Below are positions 58,721-64,000 of a stretch of DNA of 64,000 nt, one piece after another; positions within the stretch are counted from its first letter, which is position 1, and each line of letters opens with the position of its first letter. The position numbers and the translations under genes are program-made. The stretch spans positions 1,362 through 65,361 of the forward strand of contig DATKWJ010000022.1 of the NCBI GenBank assembly GCA_035529635.1, in the 5' to 3' direction. The notes under the pieces are model-generated. The model had not been told where the DNA came from. It was given only the letters and a program-made list of their open reading frames with translations, and searched no databases. The DNA comes from Patescibacteria group bacterium. Lineage in GTDB: Bacteria > Patescibacteriota > Minisyncoccia > Minisyncoccales > RBG-13-42-11.

Positions 58721-61255
58721 ATGATTCTGATTTGGATTATTTTCAGTTATTTTTTGGGATCGGTACCTTTCGGTTACTTGATCTCCCGCTTTTCCGGCAA
58801 AAACATTTTAGAAATCGGCTGGAGAAAAACTTCCGGCTCAAATGTTTTCAGGAATGTCGGCAAATGGCAGGGAATATTAACCGGTCTTTTTGATGTAGCC
58901 AAAGGATATCTGGCTGTTTGGGGAGCTGCCAGGATCGGCCTTTCTCCGGAGATTCAAGTTTTTTCCGGAGTTGCGGCGGTTATCGGCCATAACTGGTCTT
59001 TGTTTCTGCGTTTTGCCGGCGGCCGGGGCATCGGCACTTTTATCGGTGCTTTTCTGGCGATTTCTCCGCCAATACTTTTTCTTTCAGTTGTTCCTTTAGT
59101 CGTTCTGGCTTTGCTTTGGGACGCGGCTGTCGGCACGCTTTTCTTTCTGGCCAGCGCTGTTTTTATTTCTCTTTATTTGAATCAGTTTGAAACAGCCGGG
59201 CTTTTCACCGTTATTTGCCTGGTGCCGATTTTTGTCAAAAGATTGAGTCCGCTTGAAGAAATCATAAAAGCAAAAAACAAAGCTGCTCTGATTGCTAGTC
59301 GTCTTTTTTTCGACAACGAGACGGCCAATTGGCAATTGAGGATAAAAAGAATTATTCAATCTCTTTTATTTCCGCCCAAACTCGGCTGGCAGGCGGCCAA
59401 GTTCGGAGCCAAGATGGCCAAGAAGCCGATTGAGAAATGGGTTTTCAGAAACCATGAAAAAATAGTCACGGAGATCACTATTGACGATTTTAAAAGAATG
59501 ATGATTGCCGCTGCCAAGAAAATCGTGGCGCATCAGGAAGAAATCAACAGGATCAACGTCTTTCCGGTGGCGGACAAAGACACGGGTTACAATCTGGCCG
59601 CCACTTTGCTGGGGGTCGAAGGCACGATTTATCCGAAAAGCTATTCGACTTTCCGCGAACTGACCCAGGACATCAAGACAGCCGCCATGATCAACGCCCG
59701 GGGCAATGCCGGCATGATTTACACCGGCTATGTCATTGAAGTTTTGGACAGGATAAAACATTTGGAAACGATTGACGCTTTCCATTTGGCTCTGGCTATG
59801 AAAAAAGGGATAAAAGCCTCCCGCCTGGCCATTCTCGAGCCGGTTGAAGGCACTATTCTGGATGTCATAAAAACAGCCGGCCAAAAATCCTTTGAATTCG
59901 CCAAAATCAGAAAAGAGAAAAACATCATTAAAGTGTTGGTGGAAGCCCATAAAGCCAGCCAGATTGCTTTAAAAGAAACAAAAGAGAAGTTGGCGGTTTT
60001 GAAGGAGAACGACGTGGTTGACGCTGGCGCCCTGGGTTTCGTAAAAATTCTGGAGGCCTGGATCGAGAGCTTGAAAGGAATGCCGGTATCGTCCGAAAGT
60101 AATTTTTCTTCTTCCTCTTTTGTTGCTATTCAGCAAACAAAAGAGGAATTGAAATACAGTAAAGAGGTTGTTTTGATGTTTGAAAAAACTCCCGGAACAG
60201 AGATGGAAGATTTGAAAAAAGAATTGTCTCTGTTCGGCGACAGTTTGGAGATCTTGGAAACAGTCGGCAAAATCAAACTGCACATCCATACCAATCAGCC
60301 GGAAGCGGTCCTGGATAAGTTCAAAAACTTGCCGGGGTTTGAATCAAGAGTCGAAAATATGGAAATTCAGATTGGGAGAAAAGGGAAAAAACCGCTCGGT
60401 TTGGTGGTGGATGAAGTTGCTGATTTGCCTAAAGATTTTTTGGAAAAAAACGATATCTTCGAGGTACCTTTCTTAACCAGGTTTCCGGCCGGGGAAATTA
60501 TTGTTTCCAAAGAAGAAATTTACGGAAAAATGGAACAAGCTTTGAAAACCGGAAAACCTTTGCCGACCACTTCAGCCCCTTCTTTCCAAGAGTTTTTTTC
60601 CGCCTTTGAAAAAGCTTTTGAAAAATTCGAAAAGATCCTGGTTATCACGATTTCCAGCAAGCTGTCCGGCGCTTACAGTTCAGCCAGGATCGCCAGAAGC
60701 ATTTATAAGAAACCGGAAAAGCTCAATATATATGTATTTGACTGCAATACGGCTGAAGTGGCCGAGGGTCTGGCAGCCGTCAAAGCAATCGAATTGATTT
60801 CGCAGGGCAAAAAAACCGAAGAGATCGTGGAGATACTGAGAGGTTTCTGTCCCAAGATTACACTGGTCGCCTGCCTTAGCGATTTCAGATACGTGGTGCG
60901 CGGCGGCAGACTTAAATTGCCGAAGATATTCGTCGGCCCTGTTTTTTTTATCCAGAAAATAGGAATCAGATTTTTGGTCGGATTGAAGAACGGCAAGCTC
61001 AGGTTTTTCAGCGTAGCTTTGGGTAAAGATGCGGCCGGAATTCTGGCAAAGGAAATCGACAAACAAAGAAACGGCCGGAAGATCAGATTGGCCATTGCTT
61101 ACGCCGGCCGCCGGGCAGAAGCTGATAAGCTCGAATCTCTTTTGCGGGGAAAACCGGGCATAGAAATTTCATTCATCTCCCCTGTTTCGCCGGTGGTAGC
61201 CACCCATACCGGCCCCGGCGCTTTATTGATAGGCTTTTATCCTGTTGACGAATGA
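58721..61255 (+). CDS. triple fusion: PlsY acyl-phosphate:G3P acyltransferase + FakA-like Dak2 kinase module + DegV (FakB-like) fatty-acid-binding domain
   Basis: 844 aa from ATG 58721. PlsY motifs: YFLGSVPFGYLI, FDVAKGY, GHNWSLFLRFAGGRGIGT. Dak2 motifs: INVFPVADKDTGYNL, RGNAGMIYTG, DVVDAGALGF. FakA middle segment: FGDSLEILETVGKIKLHIHTNQPE. DegV motifs: LPTTSAPSFQEF, ISSKLSGAYSSA. The track start at 58619 lies inside tRNA-Ala. Confidence 0.8.
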   Translation: MILIWIIFSYFLGSVPFGYLISRFSGKNILEIGWRKTSGSNVFRNVGKWQGILTGLFDVAKGYLAVWGAARIGLSPEIQVFSGVAAVIGHNWSLFLRFAGGRGIGTFIGAFLAISPPILFLSVVPLVVLALLWDAAVGTLFFLASAVFISLYLNQFETAGLFTVICLVPIFVKRLSPLEEIIKAKNKAALIASRLFFDNETANWQLRIKRIIQSLLFPPKLGWQAAKFGAKMAKKPIEKWVFRNHEKIVTEITIDDFKRMMIAAAKKIVAHQEEINRINVFPVADKDTGYNLAATLLGVEGTIYPKSYSTFRELTQDIKTAAMINARGNAGMIYTGYVIEVLDRIKHLETIDAFHLALAMKKGIKASRLAILEPVEGTILDVIKTAGQKSFEFAKIRKEKNIIKVLVEAHKASQIALKETKEKLAVLKENDVVDAGALGFVKILEAWIESLKGMPVSSESNFSSSSFVAIQQTKEELKYSKEVVLMFEKTPGTEMEDLKKELSLFGDSLEILETVGKIKLHIHTNQPEAVLDKFKNLPGFESRVENMEIQIGRKGKKPLGLVVDEVADLPKDFLEKNDIFEVPFLTRFPAGEIIVSKEEIYGKMEQALKTGKPLPTTSAPSFQEFFSAFEKAFEKFEKILVITISSKLSGAYSSARIARSIYKKPEKLNIYVFDCNTAEVAEGLAAVKAIELISQGKKTEEIVEILRGFCPKITLVACLSDFRYVVRGGRLKLPKIFVGPVFFIQKIGIRFLVGLKNGKLRFFSVALGKDAAGILAKEIDKQRNGRKIRLAIAYAGRRAEADKLESLLRGKPGIEISFISPVSPVVATHTGPGALLIGFYPVDE

Positions 61256-61279
61256 TTTTATTCAGTTATAATTAAATCA

Positions 61280-61309
61280 GTCCGTTCAGAAACGGACATA
61301 TTTTTTAAA
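61280..61309 (+). terminator. rho-independent terminator
   Basis: GTCCGTT-CAGA-AACGGAC followed by ATATTTTTT, 25 nt after the stop. Confidence 0.55.
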
Positions 61310-61324
61310 AGTTATTTTATTCTT

Positions 61325-62647
61325 ATGGATATAAAAAATTTCATGTCGGCCATCTCCCAGATTGCCGAGGAAAAAGGCATTACCAAAGAAAAGGTTTTGG
61401 AAACCATTGAAATGGCCATTGCCGCCGCCTATAAAAAGGACTACGGAAAAAAGGGACAGATAATCAAAGCCAAGCTTGACCCGGAATCGGGCGAGGTTGA
61501 GTTTTGGCAGGTAAAATTGGCGGTTGACGAAAAAATGATTTATTCCGAGGCCGAGCTGGCGGAGATGGAAGAGAAGGAAGAGAAGGAATTGAAGGAAAAG
61601 AAAAAAACGAAAGAAAGGCCGGAAAAACAAGTTGAAGAATCTTCTTCGGCCGAAGCCGTTGAAAACAGGAAAATCCGTTTCAACCCCGAGCGGCATATTA
61701 TAATTGAAGAAGCCAAAAAAATAAAGCCGCAGATCGAAGTTGACCAGGAATTGGAGATTCCTTTGGAATCGAAAATAGATTACGGCCGGATTGCCGCTCA
61801 GACGGCCAAGCAGGTTATTCTGCAAAGAGTCAGGGAAGCGGAAAAAGAAAGCGTTTTGGCGGAATACAAATCGAAAGAAGGAGAAATAATTTCCGGTATC
61901 GTCCAAAGAGTCGAAGGAAGGAACATTTTCATGGATATCGGCAAAACTCTCGGCGTTATGCCTAAAGAAGAGCAGGTGCCGAGAGAATTCTACCGGCCGG
62001 GACAGCGCCTCAAGGTTTATCTTCTGAAAGTCGAAGAAACGCCGAGAGGGCCGGTGGTGGTTTTATCTCGGGCTTATCCCAAGCTGATTTCCAAGCTTTT
62101 CGAACTGGAAGTGCCGGAAATTTCTTCCGGCCAGGTTCAGATAAAGTCGATTGCCAGAGAAGCCGGTTCCAGGTCCAAGATTTCCGTCAGCTCGGAGATG
62201 GAAGGAGTCGATCCGATCGGCAGTATGGTCGGGCAGAAAGGTACCAGAGTCATGGCGGTGATCAACGAATTGGGCGGAGAAAAAATAGATATTATAGAAT
62301 ATTCTCCGGAATCGGAGAAATACATCGCCAATTCCCTGTCTCCGGCCAAGACCTTGGAAGTAAAAATAATGCCGAAGAACAAAGCCCAGGTTATTGTGCC
62401 GGAAGACCAGCTGTCTTTGGCTATCGGCAAGGACGGACAAAACGTCAGATTGGCCGCCAAATTGACCGGTTGGAAAATAGACGTTAGAGCACCGGCTAGG
62501 GATGAGGATGAAGAAGAAGCGGCGCCGGTTGCGGAACAGGAAGAAGAAACGGAGAAAAAGGAAGAAAAAAAGAAAAAAAGAGAAAAAAAAGCGGAAGTTA
62601 AAAAAGAAACCAAAAAGAAAAAGCCGGCCAAAGAAGTCGAAAATTAA
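61325..62647 (+). CDS. nusA: transcription termination/antitermination factor NusA with E/K-rich insert and tail
   Basis: 440 aa with an N-terminal domain, S1 (GIVQRVEGRNIFMDIG) and two KH domains (IGSMVGQKGTRV; LAIGKDGQNVRLA). It has a charged insert at about aa 75-120 and a lysine-rich C-terminus. Confidence 0.9.
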   Translation: MDIKNFMSAISQIAEEKGITKEKVLETIEMAIAAAYKKDYGKKGQIIKAKLDPESGEVEFWQVKLAVDEKMIYSEAELAEMEEKEEKELKEKKKTKERPEKQVEESSSAEAVENRKIRFNPERHIIIEEAKKIKPQIEVDQELEIPLESKIDYGRIAAQTAKQVILQRVREAEKESVLAEYKSKEGEIISGIVQRVEGRNIFMDIGKTLGVMPKEEQVPREFYRPGQRLKVYLLKVEETPRGPVVVLSRAYPKLISKLFELEVPEISSGQVQIKSIAREAGSRSKISVSSEMEGVDPIGSMVGQKGTRVMAVINELGGEKIDIIEYSPESEKYIANSLSPAKTLEVKIMPKNKAQVIVPEDQLSLAIGKDGQNVRLAAKLTGWKIDVRAPARDEDEEEAAPVAEQEEETEKKEEKKKKREKKAEVKKETKKKKPAKEVEN

Positions 62648-62659
62648 CCACTTGCTTTT

Positions 62660-62687
62660 TTGCCATTTTATCTGTTTATTGTATAAT
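62660..62687 (+). promoter_or_regulatory. candidate clpP promoter
   Basis: TTGCCA (62660-62665), 16-nt spacer, TATAAT (62682-62687). The ATG is 12 nt downstream at 62700. Confidence 0.4.
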
Positions 62688-62699
62688 CAAATAAGTTAG

Positions 62700-63284
62700 A
62701 TGAATCTCATACCTACGGTTATCGAAAAAAGTCAATACGGAGAAAGGGCTTACGACATCTACTCCCGTCTTTTAAAAGACAGAATCATTTTTTTGGCCGG
62801 GCCGGTTACCGATCCTTTGGCCAATTCCATAATCGCCCAGATGCTCTTTTTGGCTTCCAAGGATTCGAACAAGGACATCCAGCTTTATATCAATACGCCG
62901 GGCGGCTCGGTTACGGCCGGCCTGGCCATTTACGATACCATGCAGTACGTTAAGCCGGACATTTCCACGGTCTGCATCGGCTTGGCCGCTTCCATGGGAG
63001 CCACTTTGCTGGCAGCCGGGAAAAAAGGCAAGCGCTTCGCCCTGCCCAATTCCCAGATTTTGCTGCATCAGGTGGCGGGCGGAGTCAGCGGTGAAGCGGT
63101 GGAAATTGAAATTACCGCCAAACAAATCATTAAAATCAAAGAAAAACTCAACAAAATCCTGGAAAAGCATACCAGCCAGCCCTTGCAGAAAATAGAAAAA
63201 GACACTGACCGGGATTTCTATTTATCGGCCGAAGAAGCCAAAGAATACGGTTTGATAGACGAGGTTATTAAACCGAAAGAATAA
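62700..63284 (+). CDS. clpP: ATP-dependent Clp protease proteolytic subunit
   Basis: 194 aa with RIIFLAGPV, the catalytic Ser in [14 protein letters not shown], and His in ILLHQ. Confidence 0.95.
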   Translation: MNLIPTVIEKSQYGERAYDIYSRLLKDRIIFLAGPVTDPLANSIIAQMLFLASKDSNKDIQLYINTPGGSVTAGLAIYDTMQYVKPDISTVCIGLAASMGATLLAAGKKGKRFALPNSQILLHQVAGGVSGEAVEIEITAKQIIKIKEKLNKILEKHTSQPLQKIEKDTDRDFYLSAEEAKEYGLIDEVIKPKE

Positions 63285-63736
63285 TGCCGAAAATGAAGAC
63301 AAAGAAAAACATTTACAAAAATTTATTAACGCTGTCTATTTTGGCAGTGTTATTTTTTTCTTCCATACCGGGATTTGTCCAAGCCGCCTTGGTCCCTTGC
63401 GGCAGGTCTGAGGATGATCCTTTCACCAGTATTGATGAAAGCCAAGCTTGCCAGCTTTGCCATGTTTTCGTCCTGTTTGATAATATCGTTGATTTTATTC
63501 TTTTTGAAGTTGTCCCCCTGCTGGCTGTTTTAATGGTAGTTATTGCCGGGGTGATATTAATGACTGCCTCGGATAACCCCGCCAATGTCAATAAAGCAAA
63601 GGACGTTTTAAAAGCGGTTGTTATCGGCCTTGTCCTGATTTACGGCGCTTGGCTTTTAATCAACTTGTTTTTCCTGGTAATTGGATTGGCCGATTGGAAA
63701 ATGAATGAGGGCTGGTTCAATTATCCTTGTCCTTAA
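63284..63736 (+). CDS. T4SS-type pilin-like protein (TrbC/VirB2-like, CPR 'T4SS pilin' family)
   Basis: 150 aa with a signal peptide (..GFVQA|ALVPCG), the Cys motif C..C (ACQLCH) and two hydrophobic helices, ending NYPCP. The start shares 1 nt with the clpP stop (TAATG). The family call is from memory. Confidence 0.55.
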   Translation: MPKMKTKKNIYKNLLTLSILAVLFFSSIPGFVQAALVPCGRSEDDPFTSIDESQACQLCHVFVLFDNIVDFILFEVVPLLAVLMVVIAGVILMTASDNPANVNKAKDVLKAVVIGLVLIYGAWLLINLFFLVIGLADWKMNEGWFNYPCP

Positions 63737-63805
63737 AATAAGATATCTGCTATAATTATAAAAAGGTCATTTAATAATTTATTTTTTATCAGAATTATAA
63801 AAAAG

Positions 63806-64000
63806 ATGGATAAAAAAAATATCGGAGTTTTGGCAGTAGTTGGCCTAATTTTTCTTTTAACAGGTTTCGGTCTCGGCAAAAGTCTCCAAAAACAGGCTGA
63901 ACCAGCTCAATCGACTGACAATCAACAGGAGATTGATTGGCTGAAATCGCAATTGGAAGTATTTTATCCTTCCCTGCCCGAAGAAGTTTTCCGCCTTTCC
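63806..64000 (+). CDS. N-terminal fragment of a membrane-anchored hypothetical protein (continues past the window)
   Basis: The ATG at 63806 gives MDKKNIGVLAVVGLIFLLTGFGLGKSLQKQAEPAQ..., open to the window end. It has an N-terminal TM/signal anchor. Confidence 0.35.
   Translation, partial: MDKKNIGVLAVVGLIFLLTGFGLGKSLQKQAEPAQSTDNQQEIDWLKSQLEVFYPSLPEEVFRLS

Noticed and set aside
1-64000. An alternative genetic code (UGA recoded, as in Gracilibacteria/SR1/Absconditabacteria).
   Set aside because: Well-conserved genes end at TGA (for example polX at 4433-4435 and jag at 45125-45127). Conserved proteins translate full-length under the standard code without in-frame TGA problems.
1-64000. CRISPR arrays, transposases, integrases, prophage or recognisable defence islands.
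   Set aside because: No regularly spaced direct repeats were seen, and no recombinase, transposase or capsid-like ORFs. The only repeats are coding-sequence repeats (28085/29444, 36900-36947, 52850-53480). This was visual inspection only, so a repeat finder should confirm.

Overview
AT-rich, very gene-dense bacterial chromosome segment: about 60 protein genes and 5 tRNAs, with no rRNA, transposase, integrase, phage block or CRISPR array seen by eye. The style suggests a Patescibacteria/CPR (Parcubacteria-like) genome using the standard code, since TGA is used as a stop. Supporting traits are short proteins, many ATGA/TAATG start-stop overlaps, fragmentary metabolism, a MurE-like ligase with a hydrophobic N-terminus, VirB4 plus a T4SS-type pilin, and PilB/ComEA uptake genes. 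The window spans the replication-origin region: rpmH-rnpA-yidD-yidC-jag diverges from dnaA-dnaN, with DnaA-box clusters on both sides of dnaA. Housekeeping content includes infC-rpmI-rplT, guaB, greA, rpsT, holA, mutM, tyrS, PBP1A, rsmA, rpsO-pnp, cca, nusA, clpP, rtcA and rtcB. Most interesting observations: (1) an 844-aa PlsY-FakA(Dak2)-DegV triple fusion at 58721-61255, which would join fatty-acid binding, fatty-acid kinase and acyl-phosphate:G3P acyltransferase in one membrane protein. (2) A 'disaggregated' signalling operon at 24.1-30.3 kb. It has two output-less HAMP/coiled-coil membrane proteins sharing a near-identical 115-nt DNA segment, a stand-alone 7-TM protein, two paralogous V4R/DUF2378-like soluble proteins, a TM-less PAS kinase and two bare receiver domains. 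(3) A membrane-anchored, apparently circularly permuted MBL-fold hydrolase. (4) A 1014-aa protein with about 640 aa of E/K/R repeats, one TM helix and a Cys-rich ectodomain. (5) A roughly 320-bp mini transcription unit with a consensus promoter, hairpins, two ATGA-coupled micro-ORFs, an ETPA repeat and a terminator. (6) Several near-consensus promoters whose -10 box lies 6-8 nt from the ATG, suggesting leaderless mRNAs. (7) A hisB-hisC-IMPase-like trio next to a PRTase-AsnC fusion, and a PurF-like protein with a dead glutaminase site. All calls come from motif recognition by eye; no database search or computation was run.
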